This document shows positions 1 to 12,175 of a stretch of 64,000 nucleotides of DNA, piece by piece. Each line of letters starts with the position of its first letter. The first letter of the stretch is position 1. Where the stretch lies: the NCBI GenBank assembly GCA_951406725.2, contig OX597825.1, positions 75,826,001-75,890,000 on the forward strand, given 5' to 3'. The translations under genes were made by a program, and so were the position numbers. Source of the DNA: Octopus vulgaris (Eukaryota). Under the pieces are notes generated by a model. It ran no database searches. It had not been told where the DNA came from and saw only the letters and a list, made by a program, of their open reading frames with translations.

Positions 1-315
1 AAATTGAAGAATCAAATATTCAAAATATATATAAGCAAACAAAAACAAGGAATCCACATTAATTGAAAGGAAATTAAGGCAGTAAAAATATAATGAATAC
101 TAATAGTGATATAATGAATAATAATAATATTAATAATAATAATAATGATATTAATTATGATGAAGAAAACACTAATAATCTGTAATCTACACCATGGATA
201 CATTCGGTCATCAAGTGGAAAGGAGTAAATGAAGAATTTGTTTCTACTGTATGGAGTAGACTACAATCTACGAGGAATGAACACCCAGTCTTGGAGGGAA
301 TAACATCAGTTGTTG
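1..315 (+). other. Candidate 5' (probably non-coding) exon ending at a splice donor
   Basis: TTG|GTAGGT donor-like site at 315/316 after unique, AAT-rich sequence with several short upstream ORFs; followed by pyrimidine-rich, microsatellite-rich intron-like DNA. No transcript evidence. Confidence 0.3.
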
Positions 316-802
316 GTAGGTTTCTACACAATTATATATAGTATTATTATTTTAAACCAAAAAACCACAGGCATTTTATTCTAAATTTGATTTCTGTCCT
401 TCTGTCTTTTCTCTCCCCCATTTTGGTATTTCTGTTTTCTTCTGTCTTCAGCCTTGTTCCACTGTGAAAAATTTGTCATTTACCAAAGCTGTACATGTAT
501 ATATAATGTGTAATATATGAATAATGTGTATATAAATGTGTGTTTATGGCGAATATGTATCTATATAATGTGTATTATGTGTATATACATTGTGCATATT
601 ATGAATATAAATATATGTAAGGTGTATACATGTGTGAGTATATATGACTTTATGTATCTAGCATACGAAAAGAAGTAAAACCTAAGTGCAGATTTCTTAT
701 ATATAGTACATATTCTAATGTTATATATTTGAAAGTTTATATATATATACACACCCACTCTACATATATAAACATACCTACACTAATATATATTTATATA
801 TA

Positions 803-834
<32 letters not shown>

Positions 835-1774
835 GTAGCTTATGTACACATATTACTATGTATACACACACTCAAACATACAATATATGTAGATTATACA
901 CTATATAAACACTGAATGTATATTATACCCTCTAATATATGAGATATATTTGTACTTTATTTCTGACCACTTCCGTTCTCAAAATACATTGTATATACTT
1001 TTAATTTTTTTTAGACATTCATCGCTTATGAACTTGCGAGATTTTTGTGTGTATATATATGTATATAATATATATATGTATGTATATATACAAACATACA
1101 TATGTAAATGTAGCCCAACCAATTTCTTTATGATAGACTGGGTGGATTGTATGACATTGCCATGAAGTGGGGGATCATTATAGTGCAAGGAACAATGTGA
1201 AGTCGGTCACTCACTTAATGTTCACATAACATACATTGGTTAGGAGAGGGAATATCACTGACACCATACCAGCTCTTAATTGTTGCGGTTGTTTAGGCCT
1301 AAATCATCTTTGATCGAATAGATATCTACACTTGAAAACGAGTCATCCAGGTCATCTCTGATGAAACAGATCTTAGGCCTATGATCAAAGTGATTCCAGC
1401 TACGACTTTTCCCCTTTTTTTTTTGTTTTCCCCTCCCCTATATCTTGGGAATCCGAGTCCATATTAAAGTGTCTGTTCTAAGTTGATGGTTATAATGTGC
1501 TTTGAGGTGTATGTAAGTTGTTTTCTTGTAGGTCAAGCGACCACTTCAGGGACAGAAGAGATTTCCCTTCTGGGTCCTCCTGTCTGTCAGTGGTTTCAAA
1601 TTGGGGTTATAAACGAGAATAAGTCTGTTTTATTCATCACTACTGTTGTTGAACAGACATCAGGCTCATTGCTTTACAACTGCACTCTTCTACTTCCTTT
1701 CTCCTTAATAAACATTTACTGAGCAAAAGCTCAATTCGTTGTGTATATATATGTACTAGATATTACGTATGTAC

Positions 1775-1777
<3 letters not shown>

Positions 1778-1827
<50 letters not shown>
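1778..1827. repeat. (TATC)n microsatellite within a TA/TG-rich tract
   Basis: Direct reading; explains the YLSI-repeat ORFs. Confidence 0.95.
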
Positions 1828-2680
1828 ATGCTGCGTATATATATATATACACGCTCACTGTCATTGTGTGGTGTATGTATATATATATATACACACACAT
1901 ACAGGCATGTATATTTGTGTGTGTATAAACACGTACGTGTATATATATATATGTACGTATATGTGTATGCATAGATGCGTAAATGTTTGTATACCGACAT
2001 CAAACATTTCTTACTTCGTTCTTCCCATCCGTATCTTTATAATACTATGAGCTGTTTTGTGTATAGTCTTATTAAATGAAATATTATGTAGCCAGAAGTG
2101 TGTATATCATTATAAACAACGTTTTAATGTCCGTCGAAAATGTTTAACACGAAATAACTGTCAATTACTCTGCTAAATAACTCTCACACATACAATTATG
2201 GTTTGATGTATGTACGTAGATATTTGTCTGGGTAGAGGGCACTTTGTCGTGTGTTAATGCTAAATTCATCCTTAATTCTGTATCCTTTGTGTCTATTGCC
2301 TTCGTACACCCTGAGGGATCGGATTAATCCAAGAGTTGTCTTTTATCTTCCCTTTCTGCATGTCGAACACCCTTTTCTTCGGTGTTAATAAATATCGTTA
2401 TATGAAAAGTTATTTCTCAAGAACTGCTGGGAGAGAATTCTAGCTGTTACTACAAATTGTTGTTATAATTATTATTATTAGTATTATTTATTATTTGCTA
2501 ACGTAGTGGTTACGCTTATTAGATGTTTGAAACGTCCCCTCTTTGTCTCTTTTCATCGTTTCCATCCATATACACCATTCCATACACACCGATTCCAGTT
2601 GAAATATCAAGAGATTGCAAAAAGAAAAAAAAACAAAAAAACGTACTCCTGTTAATTCCTGTTCTAACCTTGATACACCC

Positions 2681-2732
<52 letters not shown>

Positions 2733-2855
2733 CATTATATAATTAGGGCTTAGTAAAATAAATTACTTTGCCACATACTGAACTTTCTAGAAATAGCAGC
2801 CAAAAAGTTTTTTATCCATTTCCACTACTTTAAGAAAATTTCTCTCAGATAATGT

Positions 2856-2895
<40 letters not shown>

Positions 2896-3657
2896 TTTAC
2901 ATTCACACGTGTGTGTGTTTAATGTAATGTAGCTGCTTAATGTATTCTCATCGCTTGAAGTTAAAAAGGTTTATGTGAATATTATTACATTTTTGATTTT
3001 ATATATATATGTATATTTGATGTATGTATAAAATATGACGTGTGTAGCATTTCATTCCGTATGCTGTATGCCAGATCAAAAAAAAAAAAAATTCATTCTG
3101 TGTTCTCCATGGATGCAGTCGTCCGTTCCTCTCCTCATCATATGGTTCACTTATCATCGAAACATTTGACTGCTTAATTTCGGACCGCCTTTAGTTTTTC
3201 TAACCGTTCCTTCCCCTGTCTCATCCCCCTCTCACACCATTAGTCTTGAACCAACTACATGCTCACCGACACAACTTTTAATCTACCAACCACTCTTTTT
3301 TTTTTTGTCTGTTGCTGTGTTTCAGTGGGTTGGTGGTCCATGGTTCTCACACTAACCTTCGTTACTCGTCTGTAATTATAATAATTGTTTATAATTTAGA
3401 CAAGGCCAGCAGTCTTAAATAAAGGAAGGTTGTAAGGATAGGATTCAGTCGATACGATCGACCTCAGTATTTGACTGGTTATTTATCTTATCGATTCGGC
3501 GATATAATACTCGACTAAATACTCGTAAAACATTTTGTCCGATGCTCTAACATTTCAGCCAGCTCACAACCTTAATTCTGATGACTGTTATTATTTCTAA
3601 TTTAGGTATTAGGCCAGCAGTTTTTGAGAGGGACGTGATTATCGGTAACAATAATCC

Positions 3658-3905
3658 CAGAGTCGTCTTAAGGCATGGACACACTGAGCAGTGGCCCTAG
3701 GGACCCTGTTTGGATCTGTGGTTTGCTGCCAATAAATTAATAATACAGGGCCCAGTGTGTCAGGCGAAAATAAAGAATACGTACATCCGGCGGTTGGGGT
3801 TAGGGTTAGAGTTTTGTTACGCCGAAAACGGTTGGTGTACGTATTCTTTACCTCCACTGTGTATTGATTTGCCCGGGGGCATATATTACTGTTATGATGG
3901 CCTTG
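3658..3905. mobile_element. Degenerate hAT-like MITE
   Basis: Ends CAGAGTCGTCTTAA and TTATGATGGCCTTG are imperfect inverted repeats; flanks ATAATCCC/ATCAACCC resemble a decayed 8-bp TSD; interrupts a SINE tail. Confidence 0.55.
3771..3850. mobile_element. 80-bp fold-back mini-element with telomere-like core
   Basis: TAAAGAATACGTACATC / GGTGTACGTATTCTTTA 17-bp inverted repeat (1 mismatch) around GGTTGGGGTTAGGGTTAG. Confidence 0.6.
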
Positions 3906-3937
3906 ATCAACCCCAGTACGCGACTGGTATTTTGTTT

Positions 3938-4165
3938 GGTGGGTTTTCGGAAATAGCTGTCACTACCTCGTGGGGGAAAGGATAAGGGCACAGAATTGGG
4001 GGCAAAAATGTGGGAAACAGAATATTTTCTTTAAGGTGTAATGGAGTAGAATTCTCTCAGAATCGTTATTCTCGGGTTTCATGAAAACAGAAATATTAAA
4101 ATGAAGGAAATTCATTGCCCTTTTCTTTTCCCATGAGGTCGTGATAGCTGTTCCCAAATCCCACC
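3938..4165. mobile_element. MITE with ~37-bp terminal inverted repeats
   Basis: Left GGTGGGTTTTCGGAAATAGCTGTCACTACCTCGTGGG matches the reverse complement of the right end (GGTGGGATTTGGGAACAGCTATCACGACCTCATGGG). Confidence 0.7.
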
Positions 4166-5454
4166 TCCTATTTTTATAAAATTTTACCAATAACACTTGG
4201 CGTTTTGACCGTAGCACCAATAATGCTGTCATGTTGACCATTGTGTCCTTTTCACACAATGTCGTGATTTATTTCTCCCACCCTATAATCAAATAAGTTT
4301 GTCTTATTTAGGTTGTAGCTGCGTGCTAGCTCCAAACCCACTAAGTATGTATACGAAGGAAGCTCGACTTGCTAGAAAGTGCAGCTACATCTTCTTTATG
4401 ACATATTAGATTAAAAAGCGGGCCGCATAAGACAGGGCTCACCACCAGGTGGGCCGCACTATCTATAAGAAAAATGTAATATTCCATCAGGCATGTCATT
4501 CAGAAAGTCCTGCTGGCCGCAGTTTGTCCTTCGTCGCACCGGATAATGAAGTCCTTGGATATTATGTGGATGACAGGGTAGTCACAGCTAGAATACTATT
4601 GGTCGGCCCCGGTCCTGCCTGATTAGTGGTGACCCACCCGGCTCCATACGTCAGCAGCAATTAACCATTATCTGCTGCTGCTGATAACATTTCCAAAAAA
4701 ACATGAAGCCTTTGAGATTTCATGATGTGCTGATGCAGGCATATTTTTTTGATGGTTTACATAAACAGTAAAAGGGGCCTTCGGCAGTTTCGACGATGGT
4801 TATTCCAACTGTTACATCAACTGAACTATTTTCTCTTAGAAGAGCTGTTAGTGGCTGCTATTCACGGACACGTGTACTCTTAACGTAGTACTTGGTCAGA
4901 TGTCTGGTGGGCTTCTACACAGTTTCCGTCTGTCTCGTTTCAAACGCACGACCTGGATCAACCCAATGTGATGGTAGATGACACGACGCAGTGCAGCACT
5001 GGACAGAAGATCTTGCGACTGAAAAGCAAAGTGGTTAACGTAATTGGCCATACATTATGTAAACAGCATCGCGTCTGAAAAACACGCACATAAATAATAC
5101 ATGCATGTGTGAATTCTTTTGTGTAAGTCTGCTGCGGATTAGGTAGGACAATTGCTGTGTTGATGACGTCTGTTTAGGCAGAAACATCTCAACACCTATC
5201 CTCTTGTCACTCAAACACTGTTTCTTCATGGCATGTCAGTTTTGGAGAATTCTTGACTTCTGAGCTTAGGTCTCCATTTCGTTTGTAGCAGGTGCCATTT
5301 TCCACTAAGATTGTTCTACCCTCTCAGGAAGCAGAAATAATTTTAATAAATCAAGAATTTGCATGTATGTAGATTCAGTATACCTTTGTTAATTACATGC
5401 CACTCACTGGTCACCTTGAGTTGTTGGTCTTAGCTCATTTTCATTGCCTTGTAT

Positions 5455-5800
5455 ATATGGTGTGTGGTAAGAAGCTTGTTTCCTAACCACATGGTTTTGG
5501 GTTCAATCTCATTGCATGGTGCTATGGGCATATGTCTTCTACTATAGCCCTGGTTTGACTGAAGCCTTGTGAATGGATTTGGTAAACGGAAATTGAAAGA
5601 AGCCTTTCGTGCACGTGTGTATCGGTCCACCCACTGCCTGACAACCAGTGTCAGTTTGTTTATATCCCCATAACTTAGTGGTTTGGCATAAGTGTCAGGC
5701 TTCAAAAATAAGTGCTGGGGTCAATTCTTTCAACTAAAACCCTTCAAGGTAGTATCCCAGCATGGCTGCAGTCTCACAACTGAAACATGTAAAAGACAGA
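5455..5800 (+). mobile_element. tRNA-derived SINE family A, diverged copy
   Basis: Colinear with 8950-9348: box A/B-like head, GCCTTGTGAATGGATTTGGTA middle, GAAACATGTAAAAG tail. Confidence 0.85.
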
Positions 5801-6489
5801 TTAAACGTATTTCAATTATTTTCTCTTTTTTTTTTCTTAGACATCCTTATTCAAAAGTACATTATAACGTATGGAGTAACTATGTTTAGGAAGGGATGGC
5901 CATCTCCTGTTGGCAAGTGATATTGTGTTGATCGTAATTTCACCTGCATGTATAATGCCTCACATGCTAAAAACCATCACGCAAATTCAATGATTCGATA
6001 TATTTTCAATGTATTGATACAAAACATAGCTTATCCTTAATTCTTTAGTGTCTGGTGCTACGTTTCATGTTCATAGACAATATCACACACCTGTGATTGA
6101 TATGTATGTTACCTTATTTATATGTATATATTATATGTCCATATATATGTAAAAGTATATATTATAAGCTGTATATTTATATATATATAATATTAAACAT
6201 TGCTGTATATATGTTATACATGTGTTATATGCTGAGTGTGTATAGTTTTCCCTCAGTTTACATGCTAGGTTATTTCTTTTTGCGAATCAACTTGCAAATC
6301 GAAATCATCTCAATTGGAACCCACACACACATACACAACAGTATATTATTTATATTATATAACATACTTATTGATATGTAGTTATATAACTCCTCCATGA
6401 AATATTGACAATCATTAATTTCAGTGAGGATAACACAATTATTATGCATGCATGTGGGTGTGTATGAGAGAGAGAGAGAGAGAGAGTGA

Positions 6490-6745
6490 GGGCGCGTGGC
6501 AGTGGTTAAGGTGTTGTACTCATGGTTGCGAGACTGTGAGTTTGCGTTGTGTTCTTGAGCATATATATATGATCATGTTGCTCTGTGATCACTTCTACAT
6601 CTGATGTTTGACGCACCATGCCCCACAGATGATATCGATCTGAGGGAGGGAAGGAGCTGATGTGCAGCACAAACATTTGATCACTATAAACAAATCATTT
6701 TCACTGGTTGTTTAGCATGGAATTGCAGAAATGTCTTTCCCAAAC
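6490..6745 (+). mobile_element. tRNA-derived SINE family C, decayed
   Basis: GGCGCGTGGCAGTGGTTAAGG head and GTTGTGTTCTTGAGCA; related minus-strand copies near 27065-27195, 40550-40745 and 62500-62690. Confidence 0.55.
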
Positions 6746-8949
6746 TCGGGAACCTACCATTATATATATATATATATATATATATGATGTATGTGTGAGT
6801 GTACACACACACACACACACATATATATATAAAATACTCTTCTAAGGTGGGTAATAAGTGTAATGAAAACAAATGGCATCTGAAAATGAAACGAATAATG
6901 GCAACTATTGATTATTATTTCAAGTCACTTGGACAAACACTGTGTGTGTGTATTTTGACCACGAGTCAGTTAAGAAATTTTTTTTATGTTCTGAGTTCAA
7001 ACACCTTCTGGGGTCAGTAAAATAACCACCAGTAAAGCACTAGGATTGATGTAATGGACCAGCCCCCTCCCTCAAAATTCCAGGCTTTGTGCCTATAGTA
7101 GAAAGGATTATTGTCATTATTATTATTATTATTATTATTATTAAGGAAAATCGTTCAATCTCAGCAAAAAAAAAATGTATAATTTTTTTTTTGTTTTGAA
7201 TTTTCTCTGTGATGCGTATGAGAGATTATTATTATTAACCTAGATTGGTTTTAACATAAAACCTTGTATGTATTAGCCAGTTTCTTGATGGTGAATCCTG
7301 TGTTGAAATGGACTCCCATTGTTTAATTAATTAGTAATCCAGAAGTGAATCACAGTCTGTGTGTGTAGGCTGGCCCTCCCAAAGTGCAGCAGTGTGTGTA
7401 TGTGTGTAAAATGTATGTGGGTGTACTCAGTCCAGTCATTTGATCATGTGTGACGAATAAACCAGACTATATATCCACTCATAAATATCTCCCCTTTGTT
7501 CTCTTTGTCAGCGTTTCATTTTTGAAAGTAGTTAGGCTGCTATTCAAATGTGGATTTTTATTTTTTCATCCTCCAATTATACACACATACATACATATAT
7601 ATAAAACCATGTCAATGCAGATCTCACTAGTGCTGGAACCACGTAAAAAGTGTCCTGTTACTCTGTAAAGTGGTTTTGGCATTAGGAAGGGCAATCTGAC
7701 AAAAACCAATGCCAAACCTGGCATTGGAAGTTGGTGCAGTCCTTTGGCTTGTCAGCTCCTGTCAAACCCTCCAACCCATGCCAGCATAGAAGACAGATGT
7801 TGCGTGATAATGAAGAATACATATGTATGCACACATGTATACATGCATGCATGCACACATGTACATATATAAATGCATGTATACACATACATACTTACAG
7901 ATACACGTACAGACACAAACGTATGGTCTCGAATTTATACTGTTATTGAATAAGCTTGACAAAACTGCAAATTACTCACCTTATTGCTGAAAAATGTATC
8001 TTTAAATACGTAACGTATATACATGCATATGTATTCATACATTTCATGCTTTCCTTCTCATAGCCTACAAACCCATTTACCTATCCTTGTGTTTTACACA
8101 CATAAGTTTTTATGTCTCTGAATGCAAATGACATGCAGAACACGTGACTACATTCAGGTATATATATATGTATATATTTTCCCCTTTCTGCATTTATCCT
8201 TTCTCTCTCTCTTACTATGTACACCTAAAGATATTTATGTATGTGTATGGAAAGACAAACATGTTTATACATATATGATTGATACATGTACACACATAAT
8301 ATACACATGTATATGTAATGTCTGTATATATTTTGTATGTTCCTAGCTGAAGGTTGCATTTTTGCACCTAGATGACTGAAATTGTGCATAGGGGCACATT
8401 TTTATCAGGGAGGTGGTCAGATGCTCTATGACTTGGATAATCTCTCAATAAGATTGCATGCAGGCAAGGCAACAAGTATGACTTGCACTGCACAATACCA
8501 CTAATATATTTTATACACAAATAATGTAAATAGTAATGAAAAATCATACTTCAACTAATAATAAAATTTTCACTCTTTGATAAACCACCACCACTAATAC
8601 CCAGATATTATCTTTTCTCTATTGGTCTTTTTTATAACAGTTACACAACAGTTTTCTGTACACTTGATCTATTTGCCTCACCTGTTCTTACCAAGACTTG
8701 TTTCAGCATCTAATCCTTATATGAAACCATTTCTTCACACCTACCTATACTGTTCCACAACTCTCAGAAATTCTCACATTGTTCAGAGTTTTATGAAGTG
8801 TTTGTATGGATGTTGTCACTCTTCTTTAGACTAAATATTATTAATCTTCAATTCAATTTTATTCAGTGAAAGTACAAAGACTATCCATCTTCCATCTGAT
8901 ATTCACAAAGTAAGACTTGCCACAATTATAAGCATATCTGTATGTAATA

Positions 8950-9348
8950 GGCATAGGAGTGGCTGTGTGGTAAGTAGCTTGCTAACCAACCACATGGTTC
9001 TGGGTTCAGTCCCACTGCGTGGACATCTTGGGCAAGTGTCTTCTGCTATAGCCCCGGGCCGACCAATGCCTTGTGAGTGGATTTGGTAGACGGAAACTGA
9101 AAGAAGCCTGTCGTATATATGTATATATATATATATGTGTGTGTGTCTGTGTTTGTCCCCCTAGCATTGCTTGACAACTGATGCTGGTGTGTTTACATCC
9201 CCATCACTTAGCGGTTCGGCAAAAGAGACTGATAGAATAAGTACTGGGCTTACAAAGAATAAGTCCCGGGGTCGATTTGATCGACTAAAGGCGGTGCTCC
9301 AGCATGGCCGCAGTCAAATGTCTGAAACAAGTAAAAAGAGAGTAAAGA
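8950..9348 (+). mobile_element. tRNA-derived SINE family A, young full-length copy
   Basis: Box A-like TGGCTGTGTGGT, box B-like GGTTCAGTCCC, CORE-like CTTGGGCAAGTGTCTT, internal (TA)n(TG)n, A/G-rich tail; nearly identical inverted copy at 48518-48936. Confidence 0.92.
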
Positions 9349-9375
9349 GTAATATGTGTTATAATGCACTAATCA

Positions 9376-10055
9376 TAGAGACATGTCTTTGACACATCCA
9401 AGCTATGTCACTATTACAGAAACACATCCCATGTATGTCATGAGAGAACCACATCTAAACAATGTCACCCAAACATATCAAAGCCATGTCACCATCAGAG
9501 CTTCATGTAGTAACCATATCACCACAAAAAGAAATTCATCTAAGATATTACCATCACAGAAATACATCTGATGGTTTTCACCATGAAAGAAACACCTGTA
9601 AACCAGGTATGTCTCTACAACTAATGTATTTGAGCCATGTCGCCATGAACAAAGCACATCTAAGACATGACATCAGAACAGAAACGCATCCAAACTATAT
9701 TGACGTCTTAGAAACATATGTCTGTCACAGAAGCACATTCCAGATATGTTACCATTACAAACAAATTGAAGCTAAGTTGTCATCAAAGAAACACATTGAA
9801 ACCATGTCACCATCACAGAAATACATCTCAGCCGTTCATTCATTGCAGAAACCTGTCCAAGCCATGTTATGATTACTGGCAGAAATGCAATACATACACA
9901 TTCAAGCGATATCACCATCACAGAAAAATATTCAAATCATTCTCCATGATAGAAATCCATCTAAGCCATGTCAGTATCTCAGAAAGATATGAGCTACATT
10001 CTCATTAAAGTAATGTCACCTCCCCAGATATTCATCCAAGCCATTTCAACAACAT
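9376..10055 (+). repeat. Degenerate ~30-bp minisatellite, roughly 20 units
   Basis: Recurrent consensus AGAAACACATCCAAGCCATGTCACCATCAC; creates overlapping ORFs in the + frames. Confidence 0.85.
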
Positions 10056-10144
10056 TGTGTAGAAAATAAACTTTCAGGCAGTGCAAAAGATACCAAATAT
10101 ACACTTATTGAAATATTTTGTTCTGTAGAAAATACTTCTTGTAT

Positions 10145-11100
10145 ATATCATCATCGATTGCCATCATCATCATTTTCTTCATGTCTGTTTGAAACTTCTT
10201 GAGATCTTATTCTATCACAGTATGTCTTTCCAGGTATCAGTTCAATAGTTTGAAAGTACTTTATTCCATGTCTTCACATGGTGAACAACTGTCAGATATT
10301 TCATCGAAAATGAACATGAATGGTGCCATAGTTTCAAGTGGTTTCAATGTGGTACTGCTTGGAATCTTACGTCTACACCTGCTCAGTCTTCATTCTAGCT
10401 CACTACATAAGATGATTCTTACACTCGTTTGTACCTGTGATTCATTCACCCTAATATTACACATCCAGCAGAGTATGTTAATTTCATTTCTTTTTATCTG
10501 TTGTACATTCTTCACAATCAGTGCATATAGCTTGCTTCCCTACAATATCTGTGCACTTCTTACTCAAGCAGTATCCCTGTCCTTCACAGGGATGGAGAAT
10601 CCTTTTGTTACATGAAGGGGTAATATCTCCCTGAAATTTTTTCAACCCATTCTAATCCTGGCTTCTGTGCTTTGAGAACATCCTCTATTGTTAATTTTGT
10701 CCCTTAGGTAACAGATTTTAGATGTTATCAATAATAGGACCCTTTGAATATTTGAAAAACATTGCTTTATGGATGATCTTGCTGCTATTTGCTATATACA
10801 CAGTCCTTCTATATCAGCATGCTGGGATTCTACTACCTTTTTTTTGCTCCCATAATTTACTATGGGTACACCATATGGTACTCCTACTAACTCCCTTTTT
10901 TTTTTTTTTTTTTTCGCATATTGAGCATAGTCATAGTCTGTTCCTTTTTCCTACTAGTTACAACTTTTGTATTTGCTATCTTTTGTTTTCTAATTCTTTG
11001 GCATACTGAGCTATGTAAACTATGTCATCAGCATACAGAAGTTCCCTTGGTGAAATGGTTTTAAATCCTTCTGTTATTACCTGGAGAGCTAGAAATAAGC
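10145..11100 (-). mobile_element. Old RTE-clade LINE relic (RT C-terminal half)
   Basis: Minus strand reads PRELLYADDI at ~11020-11050, then a degenerate LCSICEK..GVSRSTIWCTHSKLW; homologous to 44888-47135; ends near (GAT)n. Confidence 0.8.
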
Positions 11101-11751
11101 AGTAAATACTATTGTGAGTTCTAGGGCTTATAAGGGCTGGTTAACTGGTTTCTGGTTATTAACAATAACCTCTTCCTCTAATATCATCTTTATATAGCTT
11201 TTAGCATCAGCAACTGGTCCAATTGTTGGATTTACTTGGAGTAACCTTTCTCTCTCTCTCCAAATCATCATCATTCAGTAGTTTCTTTAAACTTTTCCTC
11301 TCTCTCTTTCCTTGGCATCAGCAGGCTCTTGTCAGTACATGCACAACATTTCGATTCATTCCGACACACTGCTTTAACACTTTAGCATTTAAACCGACCA
11401 TCTTTGTCCCAAATATTCTACCAGTTTTATGATCAAACTGGTTAGAGTCGGCCTTTTACCTACTCTACAATGTCATTCTAAAAATATCCATTTACATCAT
11501 TGAAATTTTGCGCCTATGAAGTAATGCAGAATTAATTCAAAATATTGTGAATAAATATTACATTTGATGGCATAATCTTTATACTAGAGCAGGGATGGGG
11601 AACCTTTATGTGCCTGAAGGCCACCCTACAATTCATCATCCCTCATAGAGGCTGCATTGAACAAATTATTTTTCTCGTTTTAGTTATTTTATTCCCTAAG
11701 CAATTTATTTGTAATCTAATAAAAGAAAGACAGGTGTGTAGAAATCAAAAG

Positions 11752-12095
11752 CATCATCATCGTTTAATGTCCGTTTTCCATGCTAGCATGGGTTGGACAG
11801 TTCAACCGGGGTCTGGGAAGCCAGAAGGCTGCACCAGGCTCCAGTCTGATCTGGCAGCGTTTCTACAGCTGAATGCCCTTCCTAACGCCAACCACTCCGT
11901 GAGTGTAGTGGGTGCTATTTATGTGCCACCTGCACAGATGCCATGATCGGATGGTGCTTTTTACATGCCACCGGCACGGAGGCCAGTCGGGGCGGCACTG
12001 GCAATGGCTACGTTCGGATGGTTCTCTTATGTGCCACCGGCACTGGTATCACAGCTACGATTTCCATTGATGTTGATTGATTTTGATTTTGATTC
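11752..12095 (-). mobile_element. RTE 3'-UTR/tail element inserted in the hAT
   Basis: (CAT)n-CGTTTAATGTCCG..CATGCTAGCATGGGTTGG..GCCCTTCCTAACGCCAACC, matching the 3' end of the LINE at 44888. Confidence 0.88.
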
Positions 12096-12175
12096 AAATA
12101 TTTTATTTAAGTAAGTACTTTTATACAAATAATAAGTAAATGAATAATATAGAAAGCAAGACATTTTCAAGTATT

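Noticed and set aside
1483-1722. ORF with acceptor-like TTTTCTTGTAG|G at 1531
   Set aside because: The site lies in a dispersed repeat with related copies near 36790-36950, 49000-49180 and 59915-60120; no recognisable protein.
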